Origin: a virus
Virus record (IMG/VR): IMGVR_UViG_3300027706_000269
Span: 27,817 to 91,816 of that record
DNA length: 64,000 bases
Reading direction: 5' to 3' (one strand)
The position numbers and the translations under genes were made by a program. The first letter of the stretch is position 1. Each line of letters starts with the position of its first letter. Below, piece by piece: positions 28,689-37,900 of this stretch. Under the pieces are notes generated by a model, which had not been told where the DNA came from, made no database searches, and was given only the letters and a program-made list of their open reading frames with translations.

Positions 28689-29518
28689 TGGCCCTCCCCA
28701 TCATCACCGCCGACCAGCGGCTGCGCGAGAAGCAGGGCGTGAAGCTCGTGCTTCTAGGCAAGAGCGGCATCGGCAAGACCAGCCAGCTCAAGACGCTGCC
28801 GGAAGGATCGACCCTGTTCGTCGACCTCGAGGCTGGCGACTTGGCCGTCAAGGACTGGCGCGGCGACTGCGTGCGCCCGAGCACCTGGCCGGAGTTCCGC
28901 GATCTCGTGGTGTTCCTCGCCGGCCCGAACCCGGCGCTGCCCGCCGACGCGCCGTTCTCCGAGGCGCACTACCGGCATGTGTGCGAGCGCTACGGCGATC
29001 CCGGTCAACTCGCCAAGTACGACACCTACTTCGTCGACTCGATCACGGTACTCGCGCGCCTGGCGCTCGTCTGGGCCAAGACCCAGCCGCAGGCCTACAG
29101 CGAGCGCAACGGCAAGCCCGACACCCGGGGCGCCTACGGCCTGCTCGGCTCGGAACTCATCGGGGCGCTGACCCACCTGCAGCACGCGCGCGGCAAGCAC
29201 GTGGTGTTCGTGGCCATCCTCGACGAGCGCCTGGACGACTTCAACCGCAAGGTCTTCGTGCCGCAGATCGAGGGCGCCAAGACCGCGGCGGAACTGCCCG
29301 GCATCGTCGATGAAGTCGTGACGCTGGCCGAGATCAAGGCCGAGGACGGATCGTCCTACCGCGCCTTCGTCTGCCACACGGTGAACCCCTACGGCGTCCC
29401 GGCCAAGGACCGCTCCGGCCAGCTCGAGTTGCTGGAGCCGCCGAACCTGCGCGCGCTGATCGACAAGTGCGCCGCCGCCACTCGAATCCCGCCATCCCCC
29501 ACTGCATCCCAGGAGTAA
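28688..29518 (+). CDS. AAA_24 / Sak4-like ATPase
   Basis: Walker A GKSGIGKT, Walker B FVDSIT, AKDRSG. Confidence 0.85.
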   Translation: MALPIITADQRLREKQGVKLVLLGKSGIGKTSQLKTLPEGSTLFVDLEAGDLAVKDWRGDCVRPSTWPEFRDLVVFLAGPNPALPADAPFSEAHYRHVCERYGDPGQLAKYDTYFVDSITVLARLALVWAKTQPQAYSERNGKPDTRGAYGLLGSELIGALTHLQHARGKHVVFVAILDERLDDFNRKVFVPQIEGAKTAAELPGIVDEVVTLAEIKAEDGSSYRAFVCHTVNPYGVPAKDRSGQLELLEPPNLRALIDKCAAATRIPPSPTASQE

Positions 29519-29521
29519 GCC

Positions 29522-30148
29522 ATGACCCATTGGTCCGATTTCAACGACGCCGAACAGCAGCAGCACTTCGACCTGATCCCCAAGGGCACGCTCGCCCGCG
29601 TGCGCATGACCCTCAAGCCCGGGGGCTACGACGACCCGGCCCAGGGTTGGACCGGCGGCTACGCCACGCAGAGCTTTGAAACTGGCTCGGTGTATCTGGC
29701 GGCCGAGTTCGTGGTGCTGGAGGGCGAGTACGCCCGGCGCAAGCTGTGGTCGAACATCGGCTTGCACAGCGCGAAGGGCCCGGCCTGGGGCCAGATGGGG
29801 CGCAGCTTCGTGCGCGCCGTGCTCAATTCCGCCCGCAACGTCCATCCGCAGGACATGAGCCCGCAGGCCGCCGCCGCGCGGCGCATCCAGGGCTTCCACG
29901 AGCTCGACGGCATCGAGTTTGCGGCCCGCATCGACGTCGAGAAGGACGGCCGCGGCGAGTTGAAGAACGTCATCCGAAACGCCGTCGAGCCCGACCACCC
30001 GGACTACGCCCGCCTGATGGGGCTGCCGCCGAAGAACCCCGGCAGTGGTTCCACCGGCGCGCCCGCCGCAGCAACCCCGCCGCGCACGACGCCGCCCGTC
30101 AACCCGCAACGCCCCGCCATGCCGGGCAAGCCCGCCTGGGCGCAGTGA
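29522..30148 (+). CDS. Phage ssDNA-binding protein (DUF669-like)
   Basis: FDLIPKG, EGEYARRKLW, Pro-rich tail ending KPAWAQ; adjacent to Sak4-like gene. Confidence 0.7.
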   Translation: MTHWSDFNDAEQQQHFDLIPKGTLARVRMTLKPGGYDDPAQGWTGGYATQSFETGSVYLAAEFVVLEGEYARRKLWSNIGLHSAKGPAWGQMGRSFVRAVLNSARNVHPQDMSPQAAAARRIQGFHELDGIEFAARIDVEKDGRGELKNVIRNAVEPDHPDYARLMGLPPKNPGSGSTGAPAAATPPRTTPPVNPQRPAMPGKPAWAQ

Positions 30149-30159
30149 GAGGAGGGTCA

Positions 30160-30675
30160 GTGAAGTGTTGGGTCTGCAAACGACAGGCGCGCGGCTACGG
30201 CCACTCGGACCTTCGGCATCCGGTGGGCGACGCCCGGCGCTATCCGATCGACTGGGTGTTCTGCTCGCGGCGTTGCCAGGAGGCGTTTCATGCGCTCTAC
30301 GGTCAGTGGCTGCGGGTGCGGGACGGACGCCCACCCCTCGGGGAGGTCGCGATGATCGACCCGTCTGACGTCGAAATGGCCGCGATGAGGAAGTGCCTCA
30401 AGGCCTTCGGCGCGGCGGCAGAACGCATCGGCTTCGACAAGCCCCTCGGCGCGTACTCCGAGGACGAGGCGCTCCAGGTGATCGACGCCATCGTCACCTG
30501 CTACACGGACGCGATGGTCGAGCACCACGAAGCGACCAAGTACCCGCCGGTGCGGGGCTTGAAAGACCCGGTGTCCGACCCCTTCGCCGACCTCGAGGAC
30601 GATCTGCCGTGGGAGGAGCCGAAGGCTCAAGCGCAGACGGCACGCACGGCAGCACCCAAGGAGGCGCGGCGATGA
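30160..30675 (+). CDS. Cys-rich hypothetical protein (DUF6511-like)
   Basis: GTG start after GGAGG; CWVC...FCSRRC. Confidence 0.7.
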   Translation: MKCWVCKRQARGYGHSDLRHPVGDARRYPIDWVFCSRRCQEAFHALYGQWLRVRDGRPPLGEVAMIDPSDVEMAAMRKCLKAFGAAAERIGFDKPLGAYSEDEALQVIDAIVTCYTDAMVEHHEATKYPPVRGLKDPVSDPFADLEDDLPWEEPKAQAQTARTAAPKEARR

Positions 30676-31418
30676 TGGACTTCAACGCCTCCAAGAGCCT
30701 GTCGGGTCAGGTCACGGCGCTGATCGATGCCGGGATGCAGCAGTCTCGCGCGGCGCAGCCTCGCCGCACGTACCTGGGCGCCTCGCGCCTCGGGGCCGCG
30801 TGCGAGCGCGCGCTGCAATACGAGGTCGCCGACGCCCCGGTCGATCCGGGTCGCGAGACCGACGGTCGCATGCTGCGCGTCTTCGAGCGCGGCCACCTTA
30901 TGGAGGACTGCATGGTCGGATGGCTGCGCGCGGCGGGCTTCGATCTGCGCACGCGCGACGACGCGGGCGAGCAATTCGGCTTCTCGGCGCTGGACGGGCG
31001 CCTGCAGGGCCACGTCGATGGCGTGCTCGTCGCCGGGCCCGACCTCGGCTTTGGGGCCGGCTATCCCGCGCTGTGGGAGAACAAGTGCCTGGGCGCCAAA
31101 TCGTGGCGCGAGTTGGAGAGACATCGCCTCGCGGTCGCCAAGCCCGTCTATGCCGCCCAGGTCGCGCTCTACCAGGCCTATCTCGAACTGCACGCGCACC
31201 CGGCCCTGTTCACGGCGGTAAACGCCGACACCATGGAGATCCACGCCGAGCTGGTGCCGTTCGATGCGGCGTTGGCGCAGCGCATGTCCGACCGGGCGGT
31301 GAAGGTCATCACGGCCACCGAGGCGGGCGAACTGCTGCCGCGCTCGTTCTCCGATCCCACCCATGTCGAGTGCCGGATGTGCCCGTGGCAGGACCGGTGC
31401 TGGAGGGCTGCGGCATGA
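30672..31418 (+). CDS. Cas4-like PD-(D/E)xK exonuclease
   Basis: YLGASRLGAACER, GHVDG, WENKC, QVALY, CRMCPWQDRC. Confidence 0.85.
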   Translation: MMDFNASKSLSGQVTALIDAGMQQSRAAQPRRTYLGASRLGAACERALQYEVADAPVDPGRETDGRMLRVFERGHLMEDCMVGWLRAAGFDLRTRDDAGEQFGFSALDGRLQGHVDGVLVAGPDLGFGAGYPALWENKCLGAKSWRELERHRLAVAKPVYAAQVALYQAYLELHAHPALFTAVNADTMEIHAELVPFDAALAQRMSDRAVKVITATEAGELLPRSFSDPTHVECRMCPWQDRCWRAAA

Positions 31419-31669
31419 GGACCCGATCCGTATCGACGACGGGCGCGATTGGCGAGCCCATGATCGACGCCAAGCAAGCCGCGGCCAGCCTGCGCCTGCC
31501 GTACTACTGGTTCGCCGATCCAATGATGCGCGCCAAGCACCGCATCCCGCACTACCTTCTGGGTGGGCTGGTGCGCTACCGGCTGTCGGAACTGCAGGTT
31601 TGGGCCTCGCACCACGCGAGAGCCATGGCCCGCAGCGCGTCGGATGGCAGCGAGGAGGGCGGTGCATGA
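31415..31669 (+). CDS. Small HTH (excisionase-like) protein
   Basis: MIDAKQAAASL..IPHYLLGGLVRYRLSEL. Confidence 0.7.
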   Translation: MRTRSVSTTGAIGEPMIDAKQAAASLRLPYYWFADPMMRAKHRIPHYLLGGLVRYRLSELQVWASHHARAMARSASDGSEEGGA

Positions 31670-33936
31670 TCGATTTCAACGCTCTCCCGGACCCGCCCGC
31701 CGACGCCGACCCCACCGCGCGCCGCGAGGAGATTCGCGCCGCCCTGCTCGCGAGGCTGGAGTCGGTGCTGTTCACCCTGTTCCCCGCTGGAAAGAAGCGC
31801 CGCGGCAAGTTCTTCATCGGCGACGTGCTCGGCAGCCCGGGCGACAGCCTGGAGGTCGTGCTCGACGGCGACAAGGCGGGACTCTGGACCGACCGTGCCG
31901 AAGGCTCCGGCGGCGATGTGTTCCACCTGATCGGCGCCCACTTCGGCGTGGACGTGCACGGCGACTTCGCCCGCGTCCTCGACCTGGCCGAGGACCTCGT
32001 CGGCCGAGCGCCCACGGCGCCGCCGCGCAAGGCGGCCAAGAAGGCCCCGATCGACGACCTCGGCCCGGCCACCGCCAAGTGGGACTACCTCGACGCACAA
32101 GGGCGCCTCATCGCCGTGGTCTACCGCTACGACCCGCCCGGGCGCAAGAAGGAATTCCGGCCCTGGGACGCCAAACGGCGCAAGATGGCCCCGCCCGAGC
32201 CGCGGCCGCTGTACAACCAGCCGGGGATCCAGGACGCCGCCCAGGTCGTGCTGGTCGAGGGCGAGAAATGCGCCCAGGCCTTGATCGAGCTCGGGATCGT
32301 GGCCACCACCGCGATGCACGGGGCGAATGCGCCCGTGGACAAGACCGATTGGTCGCCGCTGGCGGGCAAGGCCGTCCTCCTCTGGCCCGATCGCGACAAA
32401 CCCGGCTGGGACTATGCGATGGCCGCGGCGCAGGCCGCACTCGCCGCCGGCGCCGCCTCCTGCGACGTGCTGCTGCCGCCCGACGACAAGCCCGAGGGGT
32501 GGGACGCGGCCGACGCCGTCGCCCAAGGCTTCGACGTCGCCGCCTTCATCGCCTCGGGCCCGCGGATGAGCATCAAGCCAGCACTTGGGCAGCCCACGCA
32601 GGAGCCTTCCGTCTGGGCCACCGACGACGCGCTGGCGCTGAGCTTCACCAGCCGCTACAGCGAAGACTGGCGCTACTGCGCCGCCTGGGGCAAGTGGCTG
32701 GTGTGGGACGGCCGGCGCTGGCAGGCGGACGAGACGCTGTTGGTGCACCACCTCATCCGGGCGATCTGCCGCGAGGCCGCCCTCAAGGCCGACTCCCACC
32801 GGCTGGCGGCCAAGCTCGCCGCGAGCAGCACGGTCGGCGGCGTGGAGCGGCTGGCGCGCACCGACCGGCGGCACGCCTCCACCTCGCAGGAGTGGGACGC
32901 GGATCTGTTCGCGCTCAACACGCCGGGCGGCGTGGTCGACCTGCGCACCGGGCGGCTGCGTCCCCACGACCGCGCCGACCGCATGACCAAGCTCGCCACC
33001 GCCACGCCCCGCGGCGACTGCCCCCGCTGGCGGGCGTTCCTGGCCGACGTCACCGGGGGCGATACCGACCTGCAGGCCTACCTGCAGCGCATGGTGGGCT
33101 ATTGCCTCACCGGCTCGACGGCGGCGCATGCGCTGTTCTTCCTCTACGGCACCGGCGCCAACGGCAAGTCGGTGTTCGTGAACACCTTGGCCACGATCCT
33201 CGGCGACTACGCCACCAGCGCGCCGATGGACACCTTCATGGAGGCGCGCGGCGACCGGCATCCGACCGATCTCGCGGGCCTGCGCGGGGCGCGCTTCGTC
33301 TCCTCCATCGAGACCGAGCAGGGCCGGCGCTGGAACGAGTCCAAGGTCAAGGCGATCACCGGCGGCGACAAGGTCTCGGCGCGCTTCATGCGCCAGGACT
33401 TCTTCGAGTACACGCCCCAGTTCAAGCTGGTCATCGCCGGCAACCACAAGCCCGCGATCCGCAACGTGGACGAGGCGATGAAGCGCCGGCTGCACCTGAT
33501 CCCCTTCACCGTGACCATCCCGCCCGAGCGGCGCGACGCCGGGCTCACCGACAAGCTCCTGGCCGAACGCGACGGGATCCTCGCCTGGGCGGTGCAGGGC
33601 TGTCTGGCCTGGCAGCGCGAGGGGCTCCGGCCCCCGGCCAGCGTGGTGTCGGCCACCGCCGAGTACTTCGACGAGGAGGACGCCGTCGGCGACTTCCTGG
33701 ACGAAGAGGCGCAGCGCCACCCGCAGGCCCGCGTGGCCGTGGCCGACGTGTTCCAGCGCTGGCAGGACTGGGCCGGCCGGCGCGGCGAGTACGTGGGCAC
33801 AAGCCGCTGGCTCGCGCAGCAACTGGCCAACCGCGGCTTCGAGCGCACGCGCATCCACGGCGGCGTCAAGGCCCTGGCGGGCCTGTCGCTCAAGCCCAAG
33901 GACTCCGGCGTACGGCTCCCGTACCGCGACGACTGA
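31666..33936 (+). CDS. P4-family primase-helicase (Toprim + D5/SF3 helicase)
   Basis: LVEGEKCA, WPDRDKPG, Walker A GTGANGKS, KAITGGD, RRLHLIPF. Confidence 0.93.
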   Translation: MIDFNALPDPPADADPTARREEIRAALLARLESVLFTLFPAGKKRRGKFFIGDVLGSPGDSLEVVLDGDKAGLWTDRAEGSGGDVFHLIGAHFGVDVHGDFARVLDLAEDLVGRAPTAPPRKAAKKAPIDDLGPATAKWDYLDAQGRLIAVVYRYDPPGRKKEFRPWDAKRRKMAPPEPRPLYNQPGIQDAAQVVLVEGEKCAQALIELGIVATTAMHGANAPVDKTDWSPLAGKAVLLWPDRDKPGWDYAMAAAQAALAAGAASCDVLLPPDDKPEGWDAADAVAQGFDVAAFIASGPRMSIKPALGQPTQEPSVWATDDALALSFTSRYSEDWRYCAAWGKWLVWDGRRWQADETLLVHHLIRAICREAALKADSHRLAAKLAASSTVGGVERLARTDRRHASTSQEWDADLFALNTPGGVVDLRTGRLRPHDRADRMTKLATATPRGDCPRWRAFLADVTGGDTDLQAYLQRMVGYCLTGSTAAHALFFLYGTGANGKSVFVNTLATILGDYATSAPMDTFMEARGDRHPTDLAGLRGARFVSSIETEQGRRWNESKVKAITGGDKVSARFMRQDFFEYTPQFKLVIAGNHKPAIRNVDEAMKRRLHLIPFTVTIPPERRDAGLTDKLLAERDGILAWAVQGCLAWQREGLRPPASVVSATAEYFDEEDAVGDFLDEEAQRHPQARVAVADVFQRWQDWAGRRGEYVGTSRWLAQQLANRGFERTRIHGGVKALAGLSLKPKDSGVRLPYRDD

Positions 33937-33943
33937 CCACCCA

Positions 33944-34044
33944 CGGTGACCGAAGGTGACTGGCCCAGGGATTGAATCGCTTTACGCGCGTACGCGCGCG
34001 CGGGCGGAAGGGATATTCCCCACGGCGGTCACCTTCGGTCACCG
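33944..34044. repeat. Perfect 17-bp inverted repeats around a CG-alternating core (candidate replication origin)
   Basis: CGGTGACCGAAGGTGAC (33944-33960) / GTCACCTTCGGTCACCG (34028-34044); core TACGCGCGTACGCGCGCGCG. Confidence 0.75.
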
Positions 34045-34074
34045 GCATGAGAACACGAACGAAGGACTGCAACG

Positions 34075-34551
34075 ATGACAGCAACGATCCTGGCCCTCGA
34101 CCTGGGCACCACCAGCGGTTGGGCGCTGCGCGACCGCACCGGCCGCATCACCAGCGGCAGCCAATCCTTCAAGCCACAGCGATTCGAAGGCGGCGGCATG
34201 CGCTACCTGCGCTTTGGCCGTTGGATTTCTGAAATTCAGACATCGGTTTCTGAACTTCAGTTTTTGTACTTCGAGGAAGTGCGCCGCCACGCCTCCACCG
34301 ATGCCGCGCACGCCTACGGCGGGTTCCTCGCCACGCTCACGGCCTGGTGCGAGCACCACGGCGTCCCCTACCAGGGCGTGCCGGTGGGCACGATCAAGAA
34401 GCACGTCACCGGTAAGGGCAATGCGAGCAAGGACGAGATGATGGCGGCCATGCGCGCGCGCGGCTACCTGCCCACCGACGACAACGAAGCCGACGCCCTG
34501 GCGCTGTTGCACTGGGCCATCCAGCAGCACGACGCGGCGCAGGAGGCGTGA
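34075..34551 (+). CDS. RuvC-like Holliday junction resolvase
   Basis: ILALDLGTTSGWA, FEEVRRH, IKKHVTGKGNASK, DDNEADALAL. Confidence 0.88.
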   Translation: MTATILALDLGTTSGWALRDRTGRITSGSQSFKPQRFEGGGMRYLRFGRWISEIQTSVSELQFLYFEEVRRHASTDAAHAYGGFLATLTAWCEHHGVPYQGVPVGTIKKHVTGKGNASKDEMMAAMRARGYLPTDDNEADALALLHWAIQQHDAAQEA

Positions 34552-34552
34552 G

Positions 34553-34762
34553 ATGGACATCCCGACTCCTCGCTACCGCTGCCCGCTGGGGCGCCTGCAG
34601 CCCGAGCCGATGGACGTGGAGGCCGTCAAACGCCGCGGCTGGCGCGAGCAACGCCTGCTCGTCGTCTGCCTCGACGACGACCGGCTCGACGGGATGGAAC
34701 GCGAGCTGATCCGCCGAATCGGCGAGCGGCTCTACGGTGCACGGGAGGCGCGCCATGGCTGA
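34553..34762 (+). CDS. Small conserved phage protein
   Basis: GGAGG RBS, operonic. Confidence 0.7.
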   Translation: MDIPTPRYRCPLGRLQPEPMDVEAVKRRGWREQRLLVVCLDDDRLDGMERELIRRIGERLYGAREARHG

Positions 34763-35174
34763 GTGGACCGTCGAGCGGGTGGCCGAACGCTTCCGGGAGG
34801 CGGCCATCACCGCCCACCGATTGCCGCCCGTGCGCGTGCAGGGCTACTTCAACACCTGGCCCGCGATCCGGCGCATGCCCTGGGAGACGCTGGGGGCCGA
34901 GCCGACGATCCGGCGCTTCCCGCCCAGCCCCGAGGCCATCGAGCGCATGCTCGAGACCATGCGCTGGGTCTTGTGGCTGGAGGAAGAGGAACGCCACCTG
35001 GTATGGATGCGCGCCGAGCGCCACCGCTGGCGCGAGATCTGCGCCCGCTTCGGCTGCGACCGGACCACCGCCTGGCGGCGGTGGCAGCGGGCGCTCTCGA
35101 TCGTGGCCGACCGTCTGAACGGAGAGCAAGGAACTTCTCGACACATGGTGCCACTAAGTGGCATACTTCGCTAA
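34755..35174 (+). CDS. DUF6362-like protein with C-terminal HTH; candidate late regulator
   Basis: RLPPVRVQGYFNTWP, WREICARFGCDRTTAWRRW; last early gene (lambda Q position). Confidence 0.7.
   Translation: MAEWTVERVAERFREAAITAHRLPPVRVQGYFNTWPAIRRMPWETLGAEPTIRRFPPSPEAIERMLETMRWVLWLEEEERHLVWMRAERHRWREICARFGCDRTTAWRRWQRALSIVADRLNGEQGTSRHMVPLSGILR
35138..35167 (+). promoter_or_regulatory. TA promoter with palindromic operator; probably a leaderless transcript
   Basis: TCGACA-18bp-CATACT, ATG 6 nt after the -10; TGCCACT-A-AGTGGCA at 35149-35163. Confidence 0.6.
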
Positions 35175-35557
35175 TGAGAAGAGTCTTCAAGACGCGCCAC
35201 TTCGCTCGTTGGATGCGCAAGACCGAACTGACAGACGCCGGGTTGTGTCAAGCGGTCGAGGAGATGGCCGCGGGCCTCATCGATGCCGACCTGGGCGGTG
35301 GCGTGGTGAAAAAGCGCGTGGGCTTGGCTGGCCGCGGCAAGCGTGGTGGCGCGCGCACCTTGATCGCCACCAACAAGGGCGATCGCTGGTTCTTCGTCTA
35401 CGGCTTCGAGAAAAACGAGCGGGCCAACATCGATGACGAGGAACTGGAAGCGCTGCAGGATCTGGCCGCCGATCTGCTGGCCCGTCCCGCGCGCCAGTTG
35501 GATGAATCCGTTGCCGACGGAACATTGCAGGAGATTTGCCATGACAAACGAGCCTAA
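35174..35557 (+). CDS. RelE/HigB-family toxin (COG4737-like)
   Basis: RVFKTRHFARW, DADLGGGVVKKR, GKRGGAR, YGFEKNERANI. Confidence 0.9.
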   Translation: MRRVFKTRHFARWMRKTELTDAGLCQAVEEMAAGLIDADLGGGVVKKRVGLAGRGKRGGARTLIATNKGDRWFFVYGFEKNERANIDDEELEALQDLAADLLARPARQLDESVADGTLQEICHDKRA

Positions 35558-35864
35558 GTCCAAGAGCCGCCTGCTCGAAGCCGTTCACGAAACGGCGCGC
35601 GACCTGCATCGCCTGGGCTTCATCGACAAGCGCAAGATGCGCAAGTACGACGCGCTGTGCCTGGAGCCGGTGCATGAATACGACGCTGAGAAAGTGCGCG
35701 CCTTGCGCGAACGCCTGCACTTGAGTCAGGCCGTGCTGGCATCGGTCCTCAACACCAGCGTCTCGACCGTGCGCAAGTGGGAAGTGGGCGACAAGAAGCC
35801 CAGTGGTCCCTCGCAGAAGCTGCTCGACCTCATCGAACGCAAGGGGCTGGAGGCGGTGCTCTGA
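35541..35864 (+). CDS. HigA-like XRE-HTH antitoxin
   Basis: LRERLHLSQAVLASVLNTSVSTVRKWEVGDKKPSGPS. Confidence 0.9.
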   Translation: MTNEPKSKSRLLEAVHETARDLHRLGFIDKRKMRKYDALCLEPVHEYDAEKVRALRERLHLSQAVLASVLNTSVSTVRKWEVGDKKPSGPSQKLLDLIERKGLEAVL

Positions 35865-36044
35865 TGGGGTAGCTCTTCCAAACCCATGCGCAACGTTGAT
35901 GAACGCAGGGCGCGCTGACAGACAGTTTCGGACTGGATGCAAATCCGGGGTCGTTCAGGGGTGCAACAAAGCAGGCCGATCAGGGGTAGTATCTCGGCTA
36001 ACTTCTGGACAGCGGTGACGGTCGAGGAAGCCGCCCGGCCATTC

Positions 36045-36142
36045 ACGGGTCCTTCCTGGCGACCCAGCCATGCGGGGGGCGCGAGCGCGGCGCTTCGATA
36101 GCGTCAGGGTGCAAACCGAGGTTTGCAGGGTTTGCGGTTTGC
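36045..36142 (+). other. Lambda-like cos (cosQ, cosN, candidate terminase-binding repeats)
   Basis: ACGGGTCCTT (cosQ = GGGTCCT) ... TGCGGGGGGCGCGAGCGCGG; then TGCAAACCGAGGTTTGCA palindrome and 3x GGTTTGC. Confidence 0.65.
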
Positions 36143-36228
36143 AGCCCTCCAGCCCGAGACCTTCTCCCCGACACCCCCAGCCCGCCCACGGTCCGCCGTC
36201 GGCGGGCTTCTTCGTTTCCGAGGCACCG

Positions 36229-37674
36229 ATTCTGGACACGCTCGCCGTCACGTACCGCAAGGTCGAGACGCTGATCCCCTACGCCCGCAATCCGCGCACG
36301 CACAGCGACGAGCAGATCGCGCGCATCGCCGCCAGCATCGCCGAGTTCGGCTGGACCAACCCGATCCTGGTCGATGGCGAGCACGGTGTGATCGCCGGTC
36401 ACGGCCGGCTGCTGGCCGCACGCAAGCTGGGGCTCGCCGAGGTGCCGGTGATCGAGCTTGCGCACCTGACGCCTGCGCAGAAGCGCGCCTACGTGATCGC
36501 CGACAACCGGCTCGCGCTCGATGCCGGCTGGGACCAGGCGATGTTGGCGCTGGAGTTCGCCGAACTGGCCGACGCCGGCTTCGATCTGGACCTGACCGGC
36601 TTCTCGGCCTCCGAGATCGAAGGCCTGCTCGACGCCATCGAGAAGACGGAACCGTCCGCCGAAGAGGACACGAGCGCTTTGGTCCGCGACCCGGACGAGG
36701 ACGACGTCACACCGCCCGCGGTGGCGGTCACACGCCCCCGCGATCTGTGGCTGATCGGTGAACACCGACTGCTCTGCGCCGACAGCCGCGACGCGGCCGC
36801 CGTCGCGCGCCTCCTCGAGGGCGAGCGGGCGCACCTGCTCTTCACCAGCCCACCGTATGCCAACCAGCGCGACTACACCACCGGCGGCATCGCGGACTGG
36901 GACGCGTTGATGCAGGGCGTGTTCGGCGCTGCCCGCGCGGCACTGCGCGAGGACGCGCAACTCCTGGTCAACCTCGGGCTCGTGCATCGCGACAACGAGT
37001 GGCAGCCGTACTGGGACGGCTGGATCGAGTGGATGCGCACGCAGGGCTTTCGGCGCTTCGGCTGGTACGTGTGGGACCAGTCGGTGACCGTGCCCGGCGA
37101 CTGGGCCGGGCGGCTGGCGCCCCGCCACGAGTTCGTCTTCCACTTCAACCGACGCTCGCGCAAGCCGAACAAGATCGTGCCCTGCAAGTGGGCCGGGCAC
37201 GAGACGCACCTGCGCGCCGACGGATCGTCCACCGCGATGCGCGGCAAGGACGGCAAGGTCGGCGCCTGGAACCATGCCGGACAGCCCACGCAGGCGTTCC
37301 GCATCCCGGACTCGGTCGTCGAGGTGACGCGCCAGCGCGGCCGCATCGGTGAAGGCATCGATCATCCGGCGGTGTTCCCGCTGGGCCTGCCGAAGTTCTT
37401 CATCGAGGCCTACACCGACGCGGGCGAGATCGTCTTCGAGCCGTTCGCGGGCTCGGGCACCACGCTGCTGGCCGGCCAACTCACCGGCCGCCCGGTACGC
37501 GCCATCGAACTCGCTCCAGAGTACGTGGACGTCGCGCTGCGCCGCTGGCTGCAGCACCACCCGGGCACGGTGCCGGTGCTGGAGGGCAGCGGCCGGACCT
37601 TCGACGAGGTGGCGGCCGAACGTACCGTCAGTAGTGGTAGCGCCCCTGGAGGAACTCGACGCGATCGGCCTTGA
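36229..37674 (+). CDS. ParB-N fused DNA methyltransferase 1 (beta class, SPPY); probable non-AUG start
   Basis: YARNPRTH..IAGHGRL..IADNRL; FTSPPY; FEPFAGSGTT. Confidence 0.9.
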   Translation: MLDTLAVTYRKVETLIPYARNPRTHSDEQIARIAASIAEFGWTNPILVDGEHGVIAGHGRLLAARKLGLAEVPVIELAHLTPAQKRAYVIADNRLALDAGWDQAMLALEFAELADAGFDLDLTGFSASEIEGLLDAIEKTEPSAEEDTSALVRDPDEDDVTPPAVAVTRPRDLWLIGEHRLLCADSRDAAAVARLLEGERAHLLFTSPPYANQRDYTTGGIADWDALMQGVFGAARAALREDAQLLVNLGLVHRDNEWQPYWDGWIEWMRTQGFRRFGWYVWDQSVTVPGDWAGRLAPRHEFVFHFNRRSRKPNKIVPCKWAGHETHLRADGSSTAMRGKDGKVGAWNHAGQPTQAFRIPDSVVEVTRQRGRIGEGIDHPAVFPLGLPKFFIEAYTDAGEIVFEPFAGSGTTLLAGQLTGRPVRAIELAPEYVDVALRRWLQHHPGTVPVLEGSGRTFDEVAAERTVSSGSAPGGTRRDRP

Positions 37675-37900
37675 CCAGATAGACGCAGCGATGCTCCTGG
37701 GTGATGCGTCGCGACCAGACGTCCGGGCCGAGGTATTTCAGCGGCTCGGGTTTGCCGATGCCATCGAAGGGATCGCGCAGCACCGCCTCGACGAGTTCGA
37801 GCAAGCGGCGGGCGGTGCGACGGTCGGTCTCCACCCAATGACGCAGGTCTTCGAGAAATTCCGGATGGCAGACCGCAAGCCGCGAGGCCTCACGCTTCAA
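37628..37900 (-). CDS. yoeB: Txe/YoeB-family toxin
   Basis: DPFDGIGKPEPLKYL..WSRRITQEHRCVY..QGRYHY. Confidence 0.93.
   Translation of the reverse strand: MKREASRLAVCHPEFLEDLRHWVETDRRTARRLLELVEAVLRDPFDGIGKPEPLKYLGPDVWSRRITQEHRCVYLVKADRVEFLQGRYHY

Noticed and set aside
30672-31418. Cas4-like nuclease as evidence of CRISPR-Cas
   Set aside because: No repeat-spacer array or other cas genes; it sits in a Sak4/SSB phage recombination module
35897-35910. TGATGAACGC as a fifth motif copy (similar at 38212)
   Set aside because: Partial half-site only; the AAGCCAAG half is missing
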